Below, one piece after another: positions 10,037 through 22,623 of a stretch of DNA of 64,000 nt. Every line of letters starts with the position of its first letter. Positions within the stretch are counted from its first letter, which is position 1. A program made the translations under genes and the position numbers. The notes under the pieces were generated by a model. It had not been told where the DNA came from and made no database searches. It was given only the letters and a program-made list of their open reading frames with translations. The DNA comes from Anolis carolinensis (taxonomy: Eukaryota). Location: assembly GCF_035594765.1 (NCBI RefSeq), contig NC_085842.1, positions 135,793,036-135,857,035 of the forward strand, written 5' to 3'.

Positions 10037-13000
10037 CTGTAAAGAGAGGCATTTGTCATAAAGTTTCACCAGCACCCTAGACTGCAAAACTGAGGCAATC
10101 AAAGAACACACAATATTCCAGACAACCACCTGGTGGCACATCATCCCTTTTAACCTACGCTCCAGCTGTTTGCAGTAGCAGCAGGACTTCTGTACTGAAG
10201 ATTTTAAACAATGAAATCACAACAGAATAACCCCAGTGGGTGGTTTCCCAGGATCCAAGAATCTAATCTATTATGCAGCTCTAAAGTCAGCAAAAAGGAC
10301 TGCTCTTGTCTTTATTGTGGTCTTGTCCTAATCTAAAAATTGACAGATGTAAATATAGAAATGTGTATTTTATGGAGCTGTTGGAGAAGGAAACCTTCCC
10401 CCTGGGTCTGCAAAGTGCTATTTTCCTTTCTGCTCACCTTTCTTCATGTTTCTGTGTGTGTATGTGTGGACAGCGGGTGTTCACTTTTCATGGTTCTCAT
10501 GCTTTTCCTCAAGTTTGGACATTGCAAGAATGACTGTGGGAGGAGGAAACCATAACCTGGAAGCAGTGGGAGCAGTTATCCTTTGGCCTATTCATACTAC
10601 AGAACAATGGTGGTATCATTCCACTTTAATAGCCATGGCAATATCCTATGGAATCCTGAGATGTACAGTTGAGGGGGAGTTTTTGGCATCCTCAGCCAGG
10701 CAGCCCCTCCGGTGCCTCTGTCCAAACTGCACACCCCAGATTCCACAGCATGCAACCATGACAGGAAGATAGTGCTGTAACCATGTAGTACGAATGGGCC
10801 CTTGCACTTGCTGAGCATTCAGGAAATATTTAGCAGTGTAAAAGCAAATGTTGGAAGTGTAGGTGCTCCCCATGGCTGTTCCTACAGTCACAGCCTCAAG
10901 AAGTCAAGTATCCATACAGTTGTGCCATTGTCTGTCATGTGTGTTAAGGGGGAGCTGGCAACATTATGCTCCTGGAATTATCCATTCACTGTCCTGCAGC
11001 TACTGTGAGGATTACAATACAGTTGAACTTGGAAAGAATTGGGAAAAGGGAGAGCAGAAACGCTGCTGTCCTTGCCAGTGAAATCGTTCAAGCCCTTCAA
11101 ACCTGTGAGTACTGCCTGTATTGCAACACTGCCCACAGAGGATTGACGCAAGGTCACAAAGGCAATTGGGAGCGACAATAAAGATCTAAGGCAGGCAAAA
11201 GAGAATAAATGCCAAACCTGCTTCAGCCAGAGCCATCCATTCTACTGTGATGGTTTATTTGAGGAACTGTTGAAGGTGATGGGGAATGGTCCTAGTTAAT
11301 AGAAAGCACAGCCATACTGGCCAAATAGCATAAGGAGCAACATGATTTAAGGTTCTGTAGAGCTGTACAGGGTAAATGCAAATAGCTGGGAATTTTAAAC
11401 CATGCAAATAGATGCTAGGGCGCGCCAGCTGCCTCCCCTTGCAATGGAGCCAGCAACATCAGTTCTAGTTCTGGCAGGACAGGAAGTCTTGAAACTAAAG
11501 CCTGTCGCTTAGAGACGTCTTTCCCTGTGTTCTGACAGGCAAGGCTATATTTCAAGCTTCTCCAAACCACCGCTGGCCACACCCGGTGATGTCTGTTTGT
11601 TGCCTACTGATTTATTTGAGTCATTATGGAAACCTCCTAAAAACCTCAAGCGTAAGGCACAAGGCCCAGAAGTTTGAGGCCAAATTAGAAACTTGTTATT
11701 ATGCAATTTTAAAGCAGCTGTTCTCTTTTCTAGTGCTTTTATATGTGGGTTGTATAGCTTGCAATGCCTTTTCCTTTTCCCTTTGAGGCTACTGGAACTT
11801 CGCATCCACTTATGAGTCACAAATACCAACCTGAAAAATGCAGTATACTCCTTATAAAACACCGGAGGTGTAAAAATTGACATCCAATCACATATATTGG
11901 GAGGAGCAACTGCAGCTGTGCTTTCTCCACTGTTCAAACTCTCATCAGCCCTCACCAGCATGGCTAATGGTGAGGAATGATAGGACTTGTAGCCTAAAAC
12001 CTAGATGCCAACCTGATGTGCCGAGTCCTCAGTAGTTTTAATGCTCTAAAATCTGCATTGCAAAAACAAAACTACAGCAAATTTCTAAAAAATGGTAATG
12101 CAAATGAACATCTATGCATGTGTGGTGAATGCAAATAAGGCTTCTTTTTCTATTCAGCCTCATTTTACCTATTCTGTACTATAGCACCATCCAATGTACA
12201 TGGCACTATACAAAAATAAAAGGAGTTGAACTAGGACAATGGTACTCAAAGTGGCGTTCCAAAGACTTGTCAGTTCACAAGCCATCAGCTGTCAATAGAC
12301 CTCTCAACAAACCCCTGGGATGCTTGCCACAGATGTAGGCAAAATGTCAGAAGAGAATGCTACTGGAGTATGACCATACAGTGTGAAAAACTCACAGCAA
12401 CCCATCAGCTGTCTGTCCCTGGGGATTTTACAGCCAAAAGAAAAAGGCAGCCACTGAGCACAAACACAGTACTGGTCCTTGGCACACTGAAAAAAATATT
12501 AAATTCCTCACATCAGATAGCTCAAGAAGCACTGCACTAGGGAGGAAAGAGCAAAGAGAAAATTTGAAAAGAAGGCTTTGAGGGCATCTAATAATGCAGT
12601 TTCACAACACTTATTCTGCTAGGGCTCAATGCTATAGAATCATGAGAGTTGTACTTTTACATGGTCTTCAGCCTTCTCTGTCAAAGAAAGCTGGTGCCTC
12701 ACCAAACCACAACTCCCATGATTCCACAATATTGAGCCCAGCAATTGATGTGGTGTCAAACTGCATTAGTTCTACAGTATAGATGTACCCCTTAAGAACT
12801 GGATGAAAAGAGAAGAAGCCATGTGTCTTGTTACATCTAATCCATTCAGTCAGGGAGTTTGGGAAAGCAACTAGAAATGTAGAGTTATATGGACAGATGG
12901 GATCCTATCATTTACTAGGCATCTTAGGATCTGGTAAAGGTTTTGTGGAGCTGCAGTCAAAACCATCAGGAAGGTCAAGGGGACCATCACTGCTGGTGTC

Positions 13001-13058
13001 ACAAGATGGCAATTGACTCTGTGTAGAAAACAGGGATGGCATTTCCCCAGCTACCAAC

Positions 13059-13254
13059 CTTCTGGCATCCCATAAGGAATGGTTCCATCAGCTCCTTTCC
13101 CTGAAAGCAGGTCCCACTGGTTCTTGCAAATGTTCACCAGCCACTCCTTGACGGTGCACACAGCTTGGCTCGATTTGATAAAACTCAGTTCTTTTGGAAA
13201 GCTTGCACTTGAGAAGTTATTCTCCTCAGCAGCTATTTTCAGTGCTTGGAACTC
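13059..13254 (-). CDS. TRIM47: TRIM47 exon 4 (196 nt)
   Basis: EFQALKIAAEE...KELSFIKSSQAV...CKNQWD; CAG acceptor, G|GTTGGT donor; phase 0-1. Confidence 0.88.
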
Positions 13255-13702
13255 CTGGATCAAAAAAGAGAATACAGTTGATCGACTGACAGCAGGACTT
13301 ATTCCACAGACCCGCCTATGCCTGTAGCACCTCATGATATGGAAACAGACATACCAAAGTGAGGGTGTGGGGTAGGGGATGCACAGCTGCTGGCACAAAG
13401 AGTTCCTGGATCTACATTTAGAACAGAGCGGAGTCCAAGAGAGCCTCCTCCCTATGAAGTCCACTTTCCCAGCCACTACAAATGAAACAGAACAGGACAT
13501 ACTGCCTAGCAGACCCCAGCAGGATTAAGTACTATTAAAGGAAGCGAAGGAAGCTCTGGAGCCCAATGAAAGGAAGAATACACTCCCTCTCTTTGCATGA
13601 ACAGTTTTTGCAGATGTTCACACAATTTTTCTGTTAAAGCTGGAAAGCATAATGCCGCCCTTGGCTATTCCCCATATGGCTCCCACAAAGATGAACCCCC
13701 CC

Positions 13703-13703
<1 letters not shown>

Positions 13704-13739
<36 letters not shown>
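13704..13739. repeat. (CT)n(CA)n microsatellite
   Basis: Direct reading. Confidence 0.9.
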
Positions 13740-14455
13740 TTCCCCCAGGATCACCCCCAGGAAGGAAAAATGTGATTCCTGGGTTTCTGAGATCAAAGTT
13801 TTCCCATCATGAAGAGAAGAAGGAGATTGAGGCAGGAGGAAGAAAAAAAAAACAGCAGTCTCAAGAGAGATCACTGATGGATGGAAAAACTTTAATCACA
13901 GTTACTGCCTTCCAAATTTCAGTTATTCTCGCCCCTGCACCCAAGAAGTACAGTGGTTAGGGCTGTGTTAGAGAGAGGGGGGAATATACTTGAATGTTCA
14001 TTAGAGAGTTATGATTAATTATGGCTTTTGTTGTGTTCATATTTGGTGGCGGGGCCAGTACTGCTGCTCTTTGTATTAAAGAAGGTATGCAGTATATTTA
14101 GCTTGCACTTAAAATGACTCACTTTAAGTACAAGTTGAAAATACTAATCACTTGGAATTCTCTGCCAGCCACCATGGCTTTTGGGCATGATCGTGCTTTG
14201 AGATACCCACCAGTGTGCTCTAAGCAAAACTATGAGCAGGACAGCAGCCTCTGATCATAGCAAAATGCAACTTGCCTGTTGTTGCTGCATTTATTTCTGG
14301 GAGAGAAGCTGCAACAGGGTGGTGCCTGTTCTTCTACTATTGTCCAGCTGGGGGAAGGGCAAGACTAGGCAAAGAGCGTAATGTTTGCTGACTGTCCCGT
14401 GGTGAGCTTTCTGCTGGCAGACCTCCCTCACTGGCGAACTACCCAGAGCACCTAC

Positions 14456-14686
14456 CTGCAGGAAAGAGATGGTATCTGTGCTGGAGACCTTTTCCAGATT
14501 CTGCCGGCACTCATTCAACATGGCATGTCTCTCTTCCTTTTGCCCCAGCTCCTCTTCTGCTGCACTCAACATGGCTCTTTCACCATCATCAATGAACCCA
14601 AGGACTTCCTTCTGGAAGGCTGCAAGGACTCGGGCTGTCTCAACAAAGAGCTTGCTGACTTTCTCCTTCTCTTTCTGAGCAGTGCC
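14456..14686 (-). CDS. TRIM47: TRIM47 exon 3 (231 nt, coiled coil)
   Basis: GTAQKEKEKVSKLF...VLGFIDDGE...DTISFLQ; canonical 231-nt TRIM exon; CAG|GTAGG donor. Confidence 0.92.
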
Positions 14687-15480
14687 CTAAACACATAGAG
14701 GTGGTTTATGCCAATGGAGAGTGGTGAGAACCAGTCAAAATTATTCCAGAGGCCTCCGTTTGAGAAATATTCACCACTCCAGGCTAGACAGCATGCTAAG
14801 CATCATTAGGCAACAGGCAGATATTTTAAATAACAATAGCAACAGAAGCAATAGGTAGTTATATTGCACAAAGTGGAAAGATCTAATCCTTCCTTCCCAA
14901 TCCATGACCTTGACAAAAATCCCAATCCTATATGCATCATGCAGTGAGGAAAGCCTACTATTGATGCCTAAGGAAGTCTTTGGCCCACAGAAGGAAGGGA
15001 ATATATTTTTCAGTACTGCAATAAGGGAAGCAAAGGTTACTCAGCGCATTACTAATGAAGTTGCCACCACATTTTGGACTGCAGTTGTCACTAATCCCCG
15101 TTCTAATCAGCGTTTCCAATTGAGAAGGATGATAGGAGTCTTTAGTTCAACAACAGCCAAAGGATAACATTTGGCCTATTTCTGCTTTATACTGTCAACT
15201 GTAGTTAGTACTGTGGCTCTACAAGGCTTAATGTCAACCGTGGGTAAGTTTTGAATAGGAACCTGAAACCAGCGAATACTGAAATGGAGAAGGATTTCTC
15301 ATGACTCTTTTAACCATGAGTCAATAATACTTTAATTGCCATGGTCCTCCATATCCTACAGAATCCTGGAATTGGAAGTTTGATTAAATACTTGACATTT
15401 TCTGCTATGGACCTTACAATCCAATCCCTGAAGCACAGTGGCAAAATTCTGTATATGGAAATTCAAATCAACTCACTACA

Positions 15481-16312
15481 TGTTGTGGTTCAGCCAGATG
15501 AAGATGATAGGATTGGGGTTTCAGAGCCTGAGAGAGTGATGGTTCTTTAGATGGGGAAAAGGAGGGGATTTCAGAGCAAGATGCTGTCTGTGAGATGGAG
15601 TTTGAAAGTGGAACTGTTTTGGAATCCAGCAGACAGGGAGAGGACCTTTCACCCACAAAGAGCTTAGCAACCCATGATAAGGACTTGAGAGATAGCTCAT
15701 TTGAGGGAGCAGCTGGCTTAGACAGAGATACCAGGCAGCTTCTGAGGGGGAAGAACCTCAAGCGCAGGGAATTTGAAAGAATCCGTGAGAAAGAAGTGCA
15801 GAGGAAGGAACCTCAAGGTCAAAAAATGCTTTCATGTTTTGCAGCCCTTAAATCAAAGAGCATCCCATTGGGATTTTAGATCAGGCAACATCACTGAACA
15901 AATGAGGATCTCAAGTCTTGTTTTCAGTTCATGTCCTAGTTTAAGATCCAAGGTTATGGATACATAGGATAAAAGGTTTTTATAGTCTGGCTTTTGGGTT
16001 CATGTTCATGTTTTGGTCCTTGTTTTTCTGGATTTGCTCTCATGTTGGATTTTGAGATTTCTGTACTTTGTTCCCTTGAAACAGCTTTGAACAGTTTGGA
16101 TTATTGCCTTTGGATTGTTTTCCTATTGACAGTTTGGTCTGGCTTATTGTTTGTATGACTATTTTTTCTTATTATCTTTTGGATTTTGCCTTTCCCTTTT
16201 CCTATAGTGATTTTCCCTTTTTATATGTGTTTTTATCAATAAACTGTTTTATAATTCTGTTTGGATTTCTGGTTGGCGTTGAGGGCAAGGTAACTCCTGC
16301 TGCGTTGCAACA
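15481..16312 (+). mobile_element. Probable solo LTR (~830 bp)
   Basis: TGTTG...CAACA ends; flanks CTACA/CTACC (4/5 TSD); GATAAAA at 15968 and AATAAA at 16238; interrupts a palindromic MITE. Confidence 0.6.
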
Positions 16313-16866
16313 CTACCCTAAAAATCCCAGAATATCATAGGGTGAAGCTCTGGCAGTTAATGTTGTATTATACCACTACAAAAAACTGGAAAAAAGCATT
16401 AATCAAGCATGCAATTATAAGAACAGTTTTTCTATTTTTATTAGGTTTCCAGAAATTTTGAAGCCTTTCCCTGTAAAGTCAAAAGGGACAACATATAACT
16501 TTTTACTCTTACAATCTGACAGCTACTTTTCTACGGAAATGAAATTACCCTTTCAATCATGGAACATTTAAGCATATGATCCTCTGCCTGCAGCCTAAAG
16601 TGGAACAATCCAAGAGAAGAACAATATTATTCTGCTATAAGGAATTTACAGAACAGAATGTGTACAGGAAGCAGCACTTTCTTTCTTTGCTTTCAGGCAT
16701 CGAAAAAAAACTCCTCACAACACTAATAATTTGGGGACACCCCAAAATCTTGATTGCGCCAGGGAAGTCTCTGAAAAGTCAAAACAACACAAGAAAACAC
16801 TGCATGGGGAAAAATTCGACATTCAGCTTTAACACTTGAGATGATATCAAAGTTAAGCCATCTTAC

Positions 16867-16962
16867 TTTGATTAGGTCGACAGTTCTCTTCGTCTGGGCA
16901 ATAAGGACGCCAAGTTCATCCAGCTGACTCTCAACACTGCTCAAGATTTTTGGTGTCTGGGC
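16867..16962 (-). CDS. TRIM47: TRIM47 exon 2 (96 nt, coiled coil)
   Basis: AQTPKILSSVESQLDELGVLIAQTKRTVDLIK; canonical 96-nt TRIM exon; GTAAG donor. Confidence 0.92.
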
Positions 16963-17097
16963 CTTTTCATTAAAAGAGAAAGAGAGAAATTAAGATCATA
17001 ATTTGCATTTACATAAAGGGATGTTCTGTTTGGTGCAGATATAGCTTAAGTAACCAGGCATCCATTAAAATGTGTCTGTGAAGATGCAAAATTCATA

Positions 17098-17302
17098 ATT
17101 AGAATCATAGAATTGGAAGAGACCTCATGGGCCATGCAGTCCAACCCACTGCTAAGAAGCTGGAAATCGCATTCAAAGCACCGCCGACAGATGACCATCC
17201 AGCTTCTGCTTAAAAGCTTCCAAGAAGGTGCCCCCACCACACTCCGGGGGAGAGTTCCACTGCCAAACAGCTCTCTCACACAGTTAGGAAGTTCTTCCTA
17301 AT
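17098..17302 (-). mobile_element. CR1 LINE 3' fragment
   Basis: Homologous to ~22650-22850, including the AGAATCAT tail. Confidence 0.8.
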
Positions 17303-19266
17303 TCAAAGGATTTTTTAGGCAAGAATACTGAGAACTGCTTTTTGCCTACTCCTGCTTCTGAAATATAGCTTATAACACTTGGTCTCCCATCCAAATACCT
17401 ACCAGGGCTGACTCTGCCTAGCTTCCCAGATCAGACAAGATCTGGTGCCTTGAAGGTACTACTTACAGGCCTTGTAAAGGAAATTGTGTTTCCTACTTTC
17501 CCCATCATCTAACATTTTGAATTCTAAATGGAAACTTGCTAGAAGGAACATAGTGTTGTTATGTAGCTCCAAATTCTCTTTAGGCAGTCTGCTGGGCTAA
17601 GATAAAGATCAGACAGAGAGGGCTGTACTGAAAGGAACTATGATTGCATTATCAAAGAGAGAGAGAGAGAGCCCAGACCATATCAACACCCTCGCCCACA
17701 TCAGAAAGCAAGGAAATTAGAGTGCCTTGGAGAGCGCTTATCGGGGGAAACCATAATAGCCCACTGATCTCTGGAAAATAGGCCCAGGGAAGAGAAGAAG
17801 AGATTAAACAGTAAAGCAACCCAGAGCACATAATAGAATGACAGATTTTAGTAACAGAAGGGAGCCACTCCTTTTCCCAATGTAGGGAATGTGTGTTTCT
17901 AATTGCTAACACACACATGCTTAAAATAAAATAGTTACTCCTAGCATTCAACAGACTTAAAAGAAACAACTGGTTAAGCCACCTTGAGTTCCAGTTTTGG
18001 CATAAAAATAGAGTATTAATAAAGTTGATAAGTTAATAGCAATAATAGCAATAACAAGGGAGTGGCTGGAATAGTCACATCTATATGGTGGCAGACTCAG
18101 AAAATATTTAGTTGTATTTGCATCCAGCTTTTCATGGGCTGAAGGCACTGTGCATAGAACCACAAAACTGAAGTATTCACAAGTACACCTCCCGCTAAAA
18201 CAGGTATAGCATGGCATAATGGTTTGAATGTTGGACGAGGACACCAAGAGACCAGAGTTAGAATTGCTGCTTGGCTGTGGAAACCCACTGGGTGACCTCA
18301 AGCAAAACCTCAAGCATTAGAGGGCTGAGAGCGTGATCCCTTCTGAAGAAAATCCGCCAAGAAAATCCCATGATCGGTTTAGGGTTGCCGGAAATCAGAA
18401 GACAACAACTTTCTACTATTTCCAAGCATGTGCACATACATCACAAAATGCTTTTCAAACTGCTATGAAAATAAGTCAGAGGTGGCCCTCCACATGAAAT
18501 TGGACTACAGTTCCCAGCATTCCTTACCATTCGCTATGCTGGCTAGGGCTGCTGGGAGCTGCAGTCCAATAACATCTGGAGGACTTCATGATTCCCACCC
18601 TAAAATAATAAAACATATACATAAAATGTCTTTAACTTTTCCAAATGTAGTAATCCTTGATACACAGCCAAAAATAATCTATTTTTGCCACACAGGAAGG
18701 CCTTCCAACAGGAATGATAACATACTATTCCTGGGAAGAAGTAATGAATAGATGTATTCCTTTCCATTCATCAGCTACAGGGTGCTCTGTCTTCCTAAGA
18801 GAACTGGGAAACTATTTATAGCTGTTTGGCAGAAGGAAAGGAGACACAGTGCCCAGGTTACTAAGCACTGCTCCTCCACCAAATGTTACTGAATGCAACC
18901 CTGGTTGCAAAGCCAGTGGTAGGAGATGCTAGGGAGCTTCAGGCTAGTAACATCTGCAGAGCTACGCATTTCCCATCCTGCCTTATATACCACTCATCCA
19001 GATGCTTGGTCCATCCAATTTTGTTTTGGAAAATGACATTCACGACCATTTGGAGATCATAACTTGTTCGAAAAGTTTGATCTTTCAGAGAAGAGTCAAA
19101 AACCCGTTTGAGTAGAATCTTCTCACATGGTATACGACCAAATGCAAAGCAATGTCTTCAGTTGTTAGACTGAACCTATTGTCTCTGATTTGTTAGGAAA
19201 ACAGAGATCATGCCAATGCACAAAATAGCAGTTTCAGAAGTGTTTTTCAGTGCCCAAAATATATCT

Positions 19267-19546
19267 AGGTAAAGGTAAAGGTTTTCCCCTGACATTAAGT
19301 CTAGTTGTGTCCAATTCGTAGACATCCCCAAGGTCATGTGGCCGGCATGGCTGCATGGAGCACCCTTACCTTCCTGCCGGAGCAGTACCCATTGATCTAC
19401 TCACATTTGCATGTTTTTGAACTGCTAGGTTGGCAGAAGCTGAGGCTAACAGCAGGAGCTCACCCACTCTCCGGATTCGAATCGCTGACCTTTAGGTCAT
19501 AAAGTTCAGCAGCTCAGCGGTTTAATTCACTGCGCTACCTGGTGCT
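19267..19546 (-). mobile_element. Sauria SINE (internal deletion)
   Basis: (ACCTTT)n tail; tRNA-like head; homologous to the other copies. Confidence 0.8.
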
Positions 19547-22500
19547 AAAAATATATATCCACTCTCCCATCAAACAACTTGTTTTATATCATGCACTCAA
19601 GAGACAAAAATGAAGTAGGCTTTGGTAAAATAACATGTTTGGTTTACTCGCAGCTTCATGTGTTCAGCATAACATAGCTACACAGTTTATCAATTCAGTT
19701 TCAGATATGTTTTGAGATAATCTCTGTGCAGATGACACAGGGCATCTTTTTTACAAACAACAGAAAGTGTTTGCTCTTAGCAGTCCAAAGTCTAAGAAGA
19801 AACTAAAATAGAGTCTGAGGTCTGAGCAGTCTCAGATCAGATCATGTGTTCTGCAGCCGCTCCCACAACTTCTCAGGAAACATAGAGCAAAAGAAGCTGC
19901 ATACCAGAACATATATATATAAACAGTAAGCAAACAGATTCATAGATTAACAAATTACTAGAGGAAGCTTGAAGGTTGTAATTTCCAACATTTTGTAGTG
20001 TCCATTCAGACTGGTATTAATTCTCCAGAGTTTTGAGCTATATACTTGGACAATGGAACACAAAAAACTCATTATGGAGGCAATGCCAATAGAACTGGCA
20101 TTGCATATGGAACGGAAGATTCCCTATATGCCATAGGGATGTTCCATCACAGGCCTCTCTTGGAAGCATATTAACTCTGAATATCTGGAGAAGATATCAT
20201 ATGTTTCAATCAGCTCCCTTTCAAACATCCTTCCTACTGTTGTCAAACTCCATCTTGTTTTAATCATTATTCAATCCCTCCCTTGCCACAACTTTGCTTA
20301 GCTGCCCCCTGACCACATGTGATAGACATCACCAACTCAGTTTCCCTCTCCCTTATGTCTTTACAGCAAGGGTGGGGCAGACTAGATCCTGGTGCGGAAA
20401 CGACTTCCCAACACCCCATCCTTGTCTTGCTCCATTAACTCTGATTGTTCAAGCATTATTTACAAGCTTCTCCCAGTTCAGCAATTGGCTAAAAAGATCA
20501 CAGAACAATTCACTTTCTGTAGACAGGGGTTTTCCAAGTCACTCACTAACCTTAGGATAAGCTAAATCGAAACTGACAGCTCAATTAAAAATGAGTGGGT
20601 GGAAATGCAGAAGGTGAGTCAGTGCCATTTGGGAAGGGGAGTGATGGAAAAAAGCCTGGTCCTCAATGGAACACAAAAGACTAACAGAGCAAGGAACGAA
20701 TCCTGGGACAGGAGCCAAAGGAAATAAAGGAGCCGGTCTGAGCCACTGTGGGAAAGGGCTGCAAGGGGAAGGAATGAGCCCCTGGTGCAGCACCCCGCCG
20801 AAGCCAAGACTCTCCGTTCAGGAACTGGACAGGCCTTGTTAACACCAGATGGAATTCATCTCACTCTTTCCCCACCCCACACTTTTGTTTTTTGCCTCCT
20901 TCCCAAATCCAGAGGCAGCAGATTGTTTTCATGTGTGTACTTTGGCAGCCAAAACAGACAAAAGTTCAGCTAAATGTTTGTCTTTACATTGGAAACATCT
21001 TGTTGATGGTTATGGAACATAAATCCCCCCCTTTTCCCCTGGTTAGCACATTCTGAGTTAGGTAAACATATAATAGCATCTGTAGTATGTATATAGAAAA
21101 CAGCAAATCGAGACATAATTATAATTTTGCACAACTACAGGCAGCAATACTGAGAAATTGCAAAACATTCCAATTTTAAAGAGAAAACAACACTTTCTAT
21201 TCAGAACAGAAATGTGAAAGCTTTCAATTGCTTTCTATGTGCAATAGAAAGCAATTTTTAAGACTCCTCCATCTTGCTCCTCATCCCCTGCAACCCTGAC
21301 ACCAATCAGTTCTTCACATCCCTTCCAAACACCTTTTGCTCTGGTTATACACCTCAAATAAGATTCACACCCCCTTTCTTTTTTAAAAAGCTCATCTTCC
21401 ATTCTGCCAAGCCAGAAAGATGAGGAAGGAGACCCCTCAAAACTATGCTTAGGGATAATGTACTCATGCCCGCATATCACTCGACATCTCAGTATTCAGT
21501 CACTTTTGACTGAACGTCTTCCACTGAAATTATTGTATTTAAAAATAAATAATTGAAGGGTATAAACATTGTTAAATCTAGGGTCTTTAGGATTCCCAGA
21601 TTGAAAGGTATCGGAGCCTTCTTTGGTTTTCACTCTGGCAATCCTACATGTAATTCAAGAACTAAACTGCAGTGCCAAGTTTCAGATATTACATCATGTT
21701 TCAAAATTCAAAAAGATGTAATTGAAAGTGCTTCCACTTACCTTCCTAATGCACTTGGTTTCCTACATTGTTTTTACAAGAACTGTCTTTTAAAATCCTG
21801 TCTTTTAATTTGTAATACTTTATTCATTAATATCTATAACAGAAATAAAAAGAAATGCCTCATATACCTTGATTCTGGTAACATACACGGCTGATTCAGC
21901 AAGTGTTTGGGACCTTGAACTGATAAAGAGACAACTCAGAATAGCTGAATATTGACTGAGTTTTAGACTGGGGACAGGCATGCTCTGGAGCCAATGGGCC
22001 ACCCCATCTAATTTTCAGCTCTTCAGCAACTTATCCTTACAAACATAACTTTACGAGAATGGAATTGACTTCTGTCTGCCTTTGGACTGGTCCAATGGAG
22101 GGGAGAGAGAAAAACCTCCTCTGTAATAGTAGTATGGAGTCCTGCAAAGGATTTTCTGATTATTTTGAGCAGGAGAGGAGGGCAGCTGAAAAATGACAAA
22201 TTTGAGGAGGCAGTAGCATGATTTTGAGAAATCAACATGGCTATTTTAGACACCTCTGTGATGGTTCCCACAATGCTGTTTTTCTTCAATTAATTACACT
22301 ATGTAACATAGTTTTTGTTCCTGGGTTATATATGTCATTTCCTAATTGGTTCCATCATGGAAAAAATGGAAAAGGTTTATTAAACTGCAAAACCTTTTTT
22401 TGCGGGACATCCTGCGGTATACTTTGCTACAGTTTTTCAAATAATATCTCATAGAGTCTCGAACAATTCAACATAGTTTGTGGCAGTATTAACAAATACT

Positions 22501-22623
22501 TTGAAACCAGGAACAGAAAATGTTTCAAATTTTGTTACATTGTGTTATAAGATGTGCTCCCCCGCCCCCATATAAACAGATCTAAAAATGGGGTATGGCT
22601 TAGAATCATGGAAGCTTTGAGAG

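Noticed and set aside
420-12355. Additional hammerhead-like copies at ~420-462, ~2797-2838 and ~12313-12352 (also truncated ones at ~45237 and ~59418)
   Set aside because: Core mutated (GAAA lost) or CUGA half missing; not counted as ribozymes
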